Assembly: GCA_001643675.2 (NCBI GenBank)
Contig: LSRY02000019.1
Coordinates: 1,532,986-1,596,985, forward strand
Length of the DNA stretch: 64,000 bases
Direction: 5' to 3'
Origin: Monocercomonoides exilis PA203
Lineage: Eukaryota > Protista > Preaxostyla
The notes beneath the pieces were generated by a model, which saw only the letters and a list, made by a program, of their open reading frames with translations, was not told where the DNA came from and did no database searches. Shown here one piece after another: positions 41,749 to 53,000 of the stretch. Each line of letters opens with the position of its first letter. Within the stretch, counting starts at the first letter, position 1. The position numbers and the translations under genes were made by a program.

Positions 41749-41930
41749 CTCTTCTTCTTCTTCCTCTTCTTACTTTTCCTCTTCTTCCTCTTCTTCCTCT
41801 TCTTCCTCTTCTTCCTCTTCTTCCTCTTCTTCCTCTTCTTCCTCTTCTTTTTCTTCTTCCTCTTCTTCTACTACTACTACTTCTTCTTCTTCCTTCTTTT
41901 CCTCTTCTACCTCCTCTTCCTCTTACTTCT
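39690..41930. repeat. ~2.2 kb polypyrimidine/polypurine minisatellite, unit TCTTCCTCT
   Basis: Directly visible, with sporadic TAC/TCA/TTT variant triplets. Confidence 0.95.
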
Positions 41931-42961
41931 TTTCCACCTGCTCTTCTTTTATGTTAATGCAATGATTTTATCAACATCAATTATTTAAAAATTTCTGGGA
42001 CTCTGTTTTCGATATTTTGGAAAGTTAAATTTTTCTTAAATCAATTTTCTTCATCAAAAATCTCTCTCTCTCTCTCCCTTTTTTTTTTTTTTTTTTAAAG
42101 TCATCATCATAAGAATGTATTTTCTTTTTTCATTATATTTCAATAATGAAATTTTTCAAATCAATTTCTGTCCAATAATTATTACTGTTCTGGAAAAAAA
42201 AAACAAAAAGGCAACCTCCTTCGGTTTATTCCTCAATTATTTCTGTGAAATGCTTGTCTAATCTGTCGAGTTAAATCCAATATATTTCATTTTTCATGGT
42301 TTTATCCAATTCATAAATAAGCACAATTGTTCTTAAATGAATTCCTGCAAAAAGATCATGAACTTTATTTAAAACCAGATTCTTTTTTCTTCCAATTCGC
42401 AAAAGCACAAAGAAGTGAATGATAATCAATAAATAAAAAATGCCAACAGTAAACATTAAATAAAAAAATAAAAATAAGCATTTGCTACAAAACTGAAAAA
42501 CAAAACGCAACCTTAAATAGAAATGAATAGTAACAAAATCGTTTCTGTAACATGCGAAACAAACAATAAATCGGTTGCCAGAGAACAAACATCCAAAGCT
42601 TTCCATCCAAAATGTGTCAGCTGTTCCAATGAGTTTGCAAGTTAATGTGCCTGTTTGGGCTTTTGAGGTTTCAAAAAGACCCCAAACAAAGCATTTGCTC
42701 AAAAACAAAAAAAGCATATTTCGGCAACATGTTAGCATCTGAAATTGTAGCTCAATAAAAAGGATTAATTAGTAGCAGCAAAGAATATCATCATTCATAT
42801 GTCCAGCTGCCGCAATCAGACAGAACGCGAATATTCATCAAAACAAAACAAAACAATTCACATTTCATCAATTCAAACAAATCAATCAATGAATGAAAAG
42901 CAATGATCTGGTTCATACTCTTGAAATTGTTAAAATAAAATTATATCATCAAATTATTTCA

Positions 42962-44683
42962 TTAGCTGAAATCTTCAAGACATATTGAACATTCTTCGAA
43001 CTTTTCCAAATGCCCTTTGCATTCTATCACTTTTTTCCAAATATTATCGATTGTATCAACAGCTTCCGAAACAAGCTTTGCATCGTATTCTCCATCTTTT
43101 TTCAGTTCAAAGTTTGTTTGTTGCTGAGGAACTGCTTCCATTTCCTCCATCGCAACAATAAACCTCGCAAGTGTCTTCTTGTTCTCGTCAGGCTGTACCA
43201 AAGATGAGGAATCCGGTTGTTTTCCTTCTGCTTTGGCCTCGCCTCTCGACAATGAAGATGTAGTTTCAGCTTGCCTGCTCGCTGATGCGCCGAGTGCTGA
43301 TGGAGTTGCAGATGACGATAGAAACATAGAGAAAGAAAATATTGACAAGCTTGCTTTGATTGCATTTTCTTTTCTGACAAGATCGATGCATTTCTCTGGA
43401 ACATAAGATTTAGCAAACTGATACAACTGCTCCACCTTCTCCTCATAGCTCTCCCACTGCTTGTCGCATTCCTCGCAAAAATTTTTATATTCAACAATTC
43501 TCGCTTTCTTTTGATGCCAATCTTCTCTTGTTTTTTCCTCCATGTCAATATTCTCCTTTTCTGTCGTATTCATTTCTGCAACAAGCTCTTTTGCAGATAA
43601 CGCAAAATATTCACACAAATGCATAGTCTCCTTCAAAATATTCGGAATTTGTTTTCTCCCTTTCATTGCTTGCACAAGCCAATACAGCTTGTTTGCAATT
43701 TCAGAAGCGAAACTCAAAAAACATTTTGATTCTACAGAGCAACATCCAAAAGAAACACGATCAGGATCCACGTAATAACTTATATTGTTCATCATTGATC
43801 TCAGTCTTTCAACTGAATAACGATTCACGGGATCATAATAGATGAACCTTTTCTCATCAAGTGCCTTCTTCAGTAAAACAAGCAATTTAAGCTGGTTCAA
43901 GCCTTTCTCAACGCCTTCTTTATCTGCTCCAGTTGCATTTTTGGCTTTTTCAAGTATTTTTATCATTTCTGTCTCGTCATGAATTTTTGCATCTTTGAAG
44001 AACTTGGCTTCAATTTCTTTCATATAATACTCTCGCATTTCTAAAAATTTACAGTGCAGATTTTCTTCAATCTGATCGATTTGCGTCTTTTCATTTTCAT
44101 TCGAAAATTTTACTCTGTACGCAAAATGCTCCCTGCATTTATTGGCAAGAAACAAAACAGGCAGATCCATGTCCTCGCAAATTTGGTTAATTAGCGTCAT
44201 GTCTTCAGAAAACCTCCATAAATTGTAGTAATCGTCAAATTCAGAAAGATACACAAACATCACTTTTTTCGTTTTTCTCTGATAAGCATCCAAAATAAGT
44301 GCTTTACAAATTTTAATCCTTTTGTCGATTTCATATTTAAAAAAATTATCAGCTTCAAGCAAAGTGATGAGATCCGTTAACCTGTAGGCTTCGGTGACTT
44401 TTGTATATGCGAGTCCATTACTTATTGTTGGTCCTACAGATGATTTTTCAGCTTTAACAATTCTTCCTTCGCAGTCTTCTTTCAGCTTTGTTTCCAGAAG
44501 TGCATTTATCATTGTGCTTTTTCCTGTGCGGCTTTTCCCGAGGATTATCACCAAGTATTCATTATTTTCGCAAATTCTACATCTTTCTCCAATCATCTCC
44601 ACAAGATTCCAGAACTTCCATTCCAAAAAGATAAGTTTACCACAACGTTTCTGTTCGCTGGCTGATCGAGAAGGCAGAGACAT
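42962..44683 (-). CDS. P-loop NTPase/GTPase-like protein with C-terminal coiled coil
   Basis: 573-aa ORF with Walker A IILGKSRTGKSTMINALL and G4-like LFLANKC. G3 is degenerate (LEAD). Confidence 0.65.
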   Translation of the reverse strand: MSLPSRSASEQKRCGKLIFLEWKFWNLVEMIGERCRICENNEYLVIILGKSRTGKSTMINALLETKLKEDCEGRIVKAEKSSVGPTISNGLAYTKVTEAYRLTDLITLLEADNFFKYEIDKRIKICKALILDAYQRKTKKVMFVYLSEFDDYYNLWRFSEDMTLINQICEDMDLPVLFLANKCREHFAYRVKFSNENEKTQIDQIEENLHCKFLEMREYYMKEIEAKFFKDAKIHDETEMIKILEKAKNATGADKEGVEKGLNQLKLLVLLKKALDEKRFIYYDPVNRYSVERLRSMMNNISYYVDPDRVSFGCCSVESKCFLSFASEIANKLYWLVQAMKGRKQIPNILKETMHLCEYFALSAKELVAEMNTTEKENIDMEEKTREDWHQKKARIVEYKNFCEECDKQWESYEEKVEQLYQFAKSYVPEKCIDLVRKENAIKASLSIFSFSMFLSSSATPSALGASASRQAETTSSLSRGEAKAEGKQPDSSSLVQPDENKKTLARFIVAMEEMEAVPQQQTNFELKKDGEYDAKLVSEAVDTIDNIWKKVIECKGHLEKFEECSICLEDFS

Positions 44684-46864
44684 CTTTCAGCGATGGTTTT
44701 CTTTTTCACTGCCCATATTATGTTCTGTTCAATCTGAAATTTTTTATTTTTATTTTTTTTTTTTATTTTTTTTTTATTTTATTTTTTATTTTATTTTATT
44801 TTTTTTTTTTTTTGGAAATTCGAATGGTAATTTTTGTTCAGGAGCAATGATAGCATATAACCGTTCTGTTGTAAGTCTTTGTGACTTGAAATGAAAATTA
44901 GTATGAAGTCAGTCAGTAAATTTTCAACGACTTGTCAAATTAAAAAAATAAAAATATATATAAAAATATTAAATTTAAAGAATAAAATAAATAAAATAAA
45001 TAAATAAATAAAATAAAACTTTATTCATTCGTCAAAGATTCGTTTGTTCTTTGAGTCTTGCAGTGTTTTTAATGTGTTTTTGTGGTGAATGAATCTTTGT
45101 TGCGGCTTCCTTTGATTTCATCGAATCTTATCATTTTGTAAGTTGCTGAAAAGAATAAAGAAGGAGATGCAGTATGAAACTAACCTATTTATGAGATGAC
45201 GGCAATTGAAAAGAAGAAACTTTCTTTTTGAATTCACTTGACAAGCATTTGCGCGAGAATAAAACGCTAAATGCTTGTTGTTAAGAAATTGATTTTACTA
45301 TGCAATTATCAAAAGATGCAATGTTGGAAAGATCTTCACACTGAAAAGCATTCCCTTCAATTCTTCACAAGTTCAAATCTCATCCAAAAAAATAATTTGA
45401 AATGCAAGTAAATATTTACAATTACTCGTTTTCTTCATCCAAACAGTAATAGCCTTTCTGCCACTTGCAACTGCTGACTGATTTTCCGGCTTTCTGAAAG
45501 GCAGTACCCGCAATGCCTCCAGGTTATTTTGGGTTTTCCCTCCATTGTTCTTCCCCTCTGCAATTGCACAGCATATCACAGCTTCTATAACAAAAAAGTT
45601 GTGTTTTCTCAAAAATCTTCTCTTCTTGTTCTTCGAATTCAATTTCGCCCCGCTTTCATTTATTTCCTTAATGCTGCCCTTCCGTTTCAGCTTAAAATTT
45701 GCTCGGGTTGATTCATAAAGAACAGTCATTGGCAGATGCGAATGAGCAAACTTGGATATGCACTTTTTTGATATAATTTGAATTTGTAGAAAGATGTGTA
45801 AATAATTGCAATCTGCAAATTTTGTTGAATAATTGTTTGTAGAAACGGTGCTATGTGTGGCAAAGTGCTTTTTGTGAAATTTCATAAATCTCTTAAAATC
45901 CTGAAACGGCTGCTACCAAGTGACCAGATAACGATAATTTGAAAACTTTCTCGAAAAATGACTGGAAGATGTGAAGTCGCAATTCAAAGAATTATTTTTG
46001 TTGGAGTTGAAGCACCAACCGCAGGAAAGTTAAAATGACATGCAGGTGCTCGGAAATTGACTATCAGCTTCAAAGTCCTTTTCCGAGTTGATCAAAATTT
46101 AAGTTGCAAGCAGAATTGAACAACTGAAATTGTTTTCCTTTTTTGATTGTTTAAAAAGCACTGTTGAGTTGTCTTGAGCAATAACATTCATGAAATTTCC
46201 CAAGAATTTTGGTAGTTATCGGCCTGAGTATCATTATATGTCAAAAATTATAAAATCCAATATTTTTCTAAATAGGTAAATAACGAACTTCAAAAAAATC
46301 ATGTTTAAATAAGTATACATCATATATTCTAGAAGTGCATTTTCATTGTCCAACGGTGAAATTTTTGCATCACGCGAACACTCCTGAACAAAAGAATTCT
46401 CATGCTGTTGCAGCAAAAGGTCATGGTTTTTTGTTGTTGATTAATTATGAAACATGGCCCAGATTTTCGATGTGGAATTTTGAGGAGGAATAAAAGTGTC
46501 TATTCTTCAAACAAAATTGGCTAATAATGAATGATAAGTAAAAGTCATAAATAAAATAACTCAAACCTTCTATACCCAATGAAGTTGTAAATAAAATGCG
46601 GATGACTACTCAAATATTCAACCAATTAGCAAAACGTTATCATCTCATAAGCAGTGCTGTTGTTTTCACTCAATCATGAAATCAAGTATGTATCATGATC
46701 ACATTTTTCATCAAAATGAATTCATGATAAAAAACTTTCATTTTCAAGAATATTACTCTTTCTGAAATATAGAAGAAGATATTACATGGCTTTTTGTCCA
46801 TTTATGATTTGTTGAAGAGAAAATTTTCATTTTTATTTGAACTTAAAATTTGTTCCATCATTTT

Positions 46865-47005
46865 GCCTGGCTATTGTAAAGATAAATGAGAATATTGGTA
46901 AAGGGGTCATGCCTGAGAAGGACGGATTAGACGAATCCTTGTTATCAGAGGGCTGTGCGTCTCAGAGTGTTTTGTTTGCACGATTTACTGAGGCTTAACT
47001 CTGAA
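46865..47005 (+). rRNA. Probable 3'-terminal fragment of LSU (28S) rRNA from the preceding rDNA repeat
   Basis: GGCTATTGTAAAG...AGAGTGTTTTGTTTGCACGATTTACTGAGGCTTAAC resembles the conserved LSU 3' end (GGTATTGTAAG...AGAGT...ACGATC..CTGAG). The GTGT/GCAC stem is retained. No further LSU motifs seen upstream. Confidence 0.55.
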
Positions 47006-47009
47006 TATT

Positions 47010-50000
47010 GTCCACTAAATTTATTTTGACTAAGTAGGAAACGAAAAAAAAGTCCGTTAAATAACTCTCCCCACAAGTAAATGTTTTAAAATTCATAGAT
47101 ATTCTCTTTTCAGCTTGAAAACGTATGAATGATTGAATATAAAAACATTGAAAAAAAACTTTAACGACGGATGATTGGAAAGCCTTAATAATACCATGGA
47201 TGAAGTACTACCCCCCCAAAAAAAAACTGTTTTTTTTGGGGGGAAAGGAAAAAATAAATGGGAATTTGAGGGAATCCAATGTGGGAAAAAGTTTGAATGG
47301 ATGAAACTTTTTTGAGTCAAAAAATTGAAGATTTCAAAAAATAAGTTTCTATTCTTCCTTTAGGAGAACTCCTTCAAAGAAATGATGATATTAATCAAAC
47401 AGATTAAGTCAAAACTTTTTTGAAGTTAGTTTTTGAGTCAAAAAAAAGACCTAAGTCAAATGAAAAATTGGGTCAAAATTGACCAAAAGTTAAAAATGTT
47501 TCTAACTCAAATTAAAGAATGGAAAGGAACTTCTTCAATGGTTTCAATGAAATGATATTAATCAAATAGATCCTCCATTTTGGTTGATGTTCATTGAAAA
47601 CCTTGAAGTTTTTTTGAATCAAAAAAAGTCAATTTTTTGACTTCAAGAAAAAAAGTTTCTGACTTCTTGAAAAAAAAGAGAGAAAAGGGGAAAAATTAAG
47701 GAATAAGGAAGAAACCACCACGTGGGGTGGGGGCCGCGCGACAAACGCGGCAAAAGGGCGGGGAGCGAAAGCGACCGAACTTTTGCCGTGTGGCGCGTCG
47801 GCCATTTGGGTGGGACTCTTTTCTCCTACCTTTTTCATTCTTTTATTTTCTTCAAAATTCCCCCACCAAATTGTTCCTCTTGCAATGTACAAATTTGAGG
47901 GATTTCAAATTTTCATTGAAAAATTTTGCGGCTCCCCCCTAAAATTATTATTGATTTATTACTTGTGACTTTAAAATTTTTTCAATCTTTTTCTGTGACC
48001 TTCGCGAGATGGATGAAAATCTGCGCGCAGGAATGATGTGCGCAGATTTCATCCAGCGAGCGCTACCGGAGCAGTAGCGCGAGTGATGCGACACTGACCT
48101 CGCGGTTAGCGAGAAAATTTTTGAAAAATAAGGAAAAAAAGAGGTCATTTTCAATGGAGAAAATCGATATTTTTGTGTTAATTTTTTTATAATAAATTCA
48201 ATATTCTTCTTGTTTTTTGTAGAACGTAATGCTTAACTCCTCTTTTTATTTGATTTAATTTTTATTAAAATCCGATGAGTGGTTATTGAGATAAGAGCAA
48301 ATTAAGATTATTTCAAACTTTGTTTTTTTTTTAAATTTTTAATTATTTTTGGAAATTGATGAAAATTGGATGAAAGATACATGATATGATAATATTAATT
48401 GTGAAGATATAATTGTAAGAATATTGTTAGTTATGGTTGAATAATAATGAAAAAATAACATTCTGAAATATCAACAAAAATAAGATACTTTTTTGTTTGC
48501 TCAGAACCAACCATCAGCATCAATGTTCTTATATATTATTATTATCTATATTATATCTATTATAATATATAAAAAAACCAATTGAATTCAACAAATCTTT
48601 ATGATGTTATTATTTTTTTAATTTTTTCCATTTTTTAAATATTTTTTTATCTCAACAACTGACTTTTTCTTACCATTGAAAAAATTCATATATAATATTA
48701 ATTTGATATAGTATATTATATAATTTTTTGGTGTTTGTCTGTCCACCAATTTTGGAGATAAAAAATAATTTTCATTATTTGTGTCTTTTTCCGAATAATA
48801 TTTAATTTTTTTTATTTTTTTGTGACTTCCATCTCATCTCAATTTTATTATGAAATAAATAGTTATCATATGATATTTCTCTCTTATTTTTATTTTTAAA
48901 GTTGTTCATCATTTCATTTTTTTATAATTTTTTTTCAATTTTTTCCATAATTTTTTATCTTAATTAATATTTTTCTATTTATTGCATGGATAGATAAATT
49001 TGAAAATAATATTTTATATAGGTTATGAGGGGTGGGGAATGTAATGGTGTATAGTGAGATTGGTAACAAACAGTTTTTGAGAAGTGGAATTCTTAACATA
49101 GAAAAATGGTTTTGATCTAGATCAAACTTTAATTATAAAAAAATTTTTTTTCATAAGAAGTAGGAATTAGTGATTGATGAAAAGTTATGTATATGGGTAA
49201 TATTATGAGAGGAATTGATTGAAATTAAAATAAAGAATTAATTGATTCAAATTGTGGAATGATATGTTAAATTAATTTTTTTCATTCAAAATTTTCGAAA
49301 AAGAAATTTAAATATCTCGATGAATAAATTTTTCTAAGTCGTGAGACTTTACAGAAGTGTTAGTTGGACCATTTGTGAATTTTTGATGTCAGGGTCAAAA
49401 ATTCGAAAAATGTGAAATTTTGATTTTTTCTGATTAAGTTGAATTTAGCTCAAGTTAATCAGAAAAAATGAAAAATTGGTGAAAATCGGTTTTTATGAAA
49501 GTTGTGATCGAAACTTATGAAAACACAAAAAGTTTGGATAATTCGCGAATAGTCCGCTGAATTTTTTTCTCGGGCCAGATTGGTCTGGTTAGTGAGAAAA
49601 TGTCATATGAAGTTTTTGACTGAAAAAGTGGTGATCTTAGATCAAGGACCGAAAAATATGGGGTCTCAGATTCCTTTGATAATTGGCAGGTGGCAAGCAT
49701 ATATGCCCCTTATAAACATACTCGAATCTAAATTTTTTCTACCGAGCGGTCGTGGCAGGGCAGTTCGGACAAGTTGGTCATTTTGACTGAAAAATCGTTA
49801 AAAATTTTTTTTCTCGAAAATTTCAAAGTGGATATAAAATATGATTCCATGGATGAATATGCATTGTAATGCTGTATATTGGTGATTTTTGGTTGGATTC
49901 ACTTATTTGTAGTTTTTGAGTTATAATCGAGTTTTTGAGTGAAAATGGTCATTTTTGAGGTAAATCGAGTATAACATTAGAAGTAATGGCCAGATAAATT

Positions 50001-53000
50001 TGGAATTAATATATGATATGTGTGTATATAGTGCGGTAATAGCATGCATATGGGTGTTGGCAGCGGGGGTCTGGCAGGCTGTCCAGAAAAGTAATAAATT
50101 TTTTGACTTTGACTGGGGGTGGCTGGTTGGTGAAGTCACAGAGGGCGAACCAGGGGCAAGTGGCTGAATCGAAACACATATGACCGGCACAGTAACCCAT
50201 GCCCGGATGTGGCCAAACGGCGTTTCGATCGGCCCAGTGGTTGCTGAGAAATCCGAGCGGCTAGTTGTTTTGAGTTCAGTGTTCATTTTTCACATAGAAA
50301 AGTGACTGGGGGGTATTGACTTGGGAGAGCTGTGGAGAATGAAGGGAGGGCAAGTGACCGGAGTTAGAGGGATATGTTGGGGAATGTTAGTGGGGGTGAG
50401 ATACAGTGTAATTGCTAAGAGATTGGCCCAGCCGATATTTCTCAACACACCAGTTAGTATATTTTTTCTATGAAAATTGAATTTTTTCTATGATAATTTT
50501 TCTATGTGATTATGACTGCCCGACCTCGAAGTGCCATCTTTTTCGAAAAACTCACAGACTCAATTTGAGTTTGACTGAAAAAGGAGTTGAGTGGAGGATA
50601 TCTTTTGAAGGGCTGATGGGAAGGGCTGACAAAGGCCACAGGGCAAGGAGCGAGTGAGGCGGGCTATGCACTGGGCCTATGGCTGGACAGGCCCTGTGGC
50701 TTGGCCTGGCTCTATTCCACATATACTATATTTGCCCAGTCAGAAAAAGTGACTGAGGGTACAATGTTCCGGTGGTTATAGAAACTCAGGTGTTGGAGCC
50801 AGAGCTCCAGAAACAAAAGTGACAGTGTGCGCACAGACTGTGGCTGCACGCTGGGCAGGGTGCTACTGGGCGCCTGTGGATCCTTCTGGCTGGGTGGGCC
50901 AGACACTCACTTTTTTCACTGGAAAGACTGACTGGAAAACCATCTTCATTGGGCTGTATCTTTTTATCGGTCATAACTTACAGCTTGGCTGATGTGGGCA
51001 GAGTGGGCGTGTGGGCAGTGGCTGCAAGGCTGGGTGGTGGGAGTGTGGCTGGGCTGGCTGGCTGGGCGGTGGTGTGAGAAAAAGTGAGTGAAAAATGACT
51101 GGGCCAGCCATTGAGATACCCCCTCTCTTTCAACGAACCTATCTCCTCAGGTGTTGGAGGGAGAGCTCCAGAAACAAAAGTGACGGTGTAGCGGAGGACC
51201 AGGGCTGTGCAGTGGGCGGGGTCTGGTTTGCGGGCTGTGGGCCGGGCTGGCTGGGTGGGCTGTGCACTGGGCTTTGTTCAGTCACTTTCTTTGAAAAACC
51301 CTCAAATATGGTAAATGACCCCGGGTGCCCAGACCAGAAAATCCATCTTTTTCGAAAAACTCATAGACTCAACTTTACTACACAGAGGTTTCCTCGATTT
51401 TTGTGACTTTTGATACTAGAAATACACTATGAAAATGGAATGTCTGAAAAACCTGCTTTGATACTAAAAAAAGGGAAAATTACACTACGCCGAGGTTTTC
51501 GTTGTGTAGTGTAATAAGGATGAATTTGATACTAGAAATTTCATCTCCTAGGAAAAGTGACCAAATTACACTACACTTCGAAAACCTCGGCGTAGTGTAT
51601 TTCGAGGTTTTTGATACTAGAAAATTTTGTCAATGAAATTTCTCTATGAAAAATACGCTGTGGACCCCTCATGTTCACAGACTCATAGCGCCTCAGGGGT
51701 TAGTCAGCGAAACTTCTCGTTGCCATAGAGGTTCTCGCTGCACACTCGCTCTACACAATGGTCATATCATCATTGGGCTCAGTTGAGTTGCCCTGAAGAT
51801 ACACACCAAATACTCATATCATTCCTATGAAAAACCCATTCTCAATGATATTTTCTGCTATGGACCCTGTATATTCCATGGGTCATGGGGAATTACCTTG
51901 AAGAGCTGGAAAGTTCTAGATGCCATAGAACAAGTAGCTGTGCTCTTGCAGTATCCAATGGTAGTAATATCTTTGCCCTCGGTCCATATGCCTTTTCACA
52001 ATACTCAATATACTGACTTCTTTGAATGAAAAAGGTTCATTTTTGATAGGTGACCCCTTATGTTCCAACTCTCATATCTTTTGATCGGTCATAACTTACA
52101 GACATGCCAATGGTGCTGTGGGGTGGGCATGCCCTGCAGGTACAATGTGGCACACATTCGGTTGGTGGGCTGTGGCTGGGCCAAGGGCAGTGCCAGAAAA
52201 AGTGAGTATTTTCCATTGACTTTTTGAGTGACTTGGACCCCCCTCATTGGCTGGCCTGTGGCGAATCACACAGGAATCTGGGAAAGTTCTCGATGCCATA
52301 GGGAAACTCGCTCCACACTTGCTCTATCCATTGGTGATATCGCCATTGAGATCCCTCAACTTCCCTTATATCTATGGTCGATATACTAGTATCCTTCCTA
52401 TGAAAAACTCCTTTTCAATGAAATCTTATACGAGGACCCCCTTATGTTTGTTGGAACGTAGCTCCACAGGGTTAAGAGCTGGAAAGTTATAAATGTTATA
52501 GAGGGTCTAGCTGCACACTGTGCCTAGCCAATGGCAGTATTCCCGTTGGGCTCCTATGTAATGCCTGGCCAACACACTCAATATACTACTATCTTTCCTA
52601 TCAAAAGATATCATTGAGAGAAAATATTGACTGGGACCCCTTATGTACCAACCCTTGTAGTGCCTCAGGCTTGAGAGTGCGAGACTCGAAAATGTTATAG
52701 AGGGTCTAGCTGCACTCTCCCTCTATCCAACTGTGCTACTTGAATTCCCATTACTCCACTTGCCTTGGAGCCATAGGCAAAATACATGAACTTTTCATAG
52801 AAAAAGTGACTGACCTCCCCTGTGTTCCCACTCTCATATCTTTTTACTGGTCATAACTTACAGCCAAGCTGATATCACTGCAACGTGCCTACATACTGTG
52901 CCTACCATATGGCACACATCCAGTGTCTATGCCCTGCCTGTGTATTTCACTACAGCCTTTATACTCACTTTTCATAGGGAAAGTTGACTCAGACCCCCTT

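Noticed and set aside
39620-41965. 781-aa poly-Ser ORF and antisense Lys/Arg ORFs
   Set aside because: By-products of a stop-free simple repeat; no non-repetitive domain.
45373-46430. Possible gene between the GTPase and the rDNA
   Set aside because: Only short broken frames with no identifiable homology; at most a decayed fragment.
47715-48112. Structured islands as 5S rRNA, tRNA, hammerhead ribozyme or telomerase RNA
   Set aside because: No 5S or tRNA box motifs, no CUGANGA core, and only a 6-nt CTAACC match to a telomere template.
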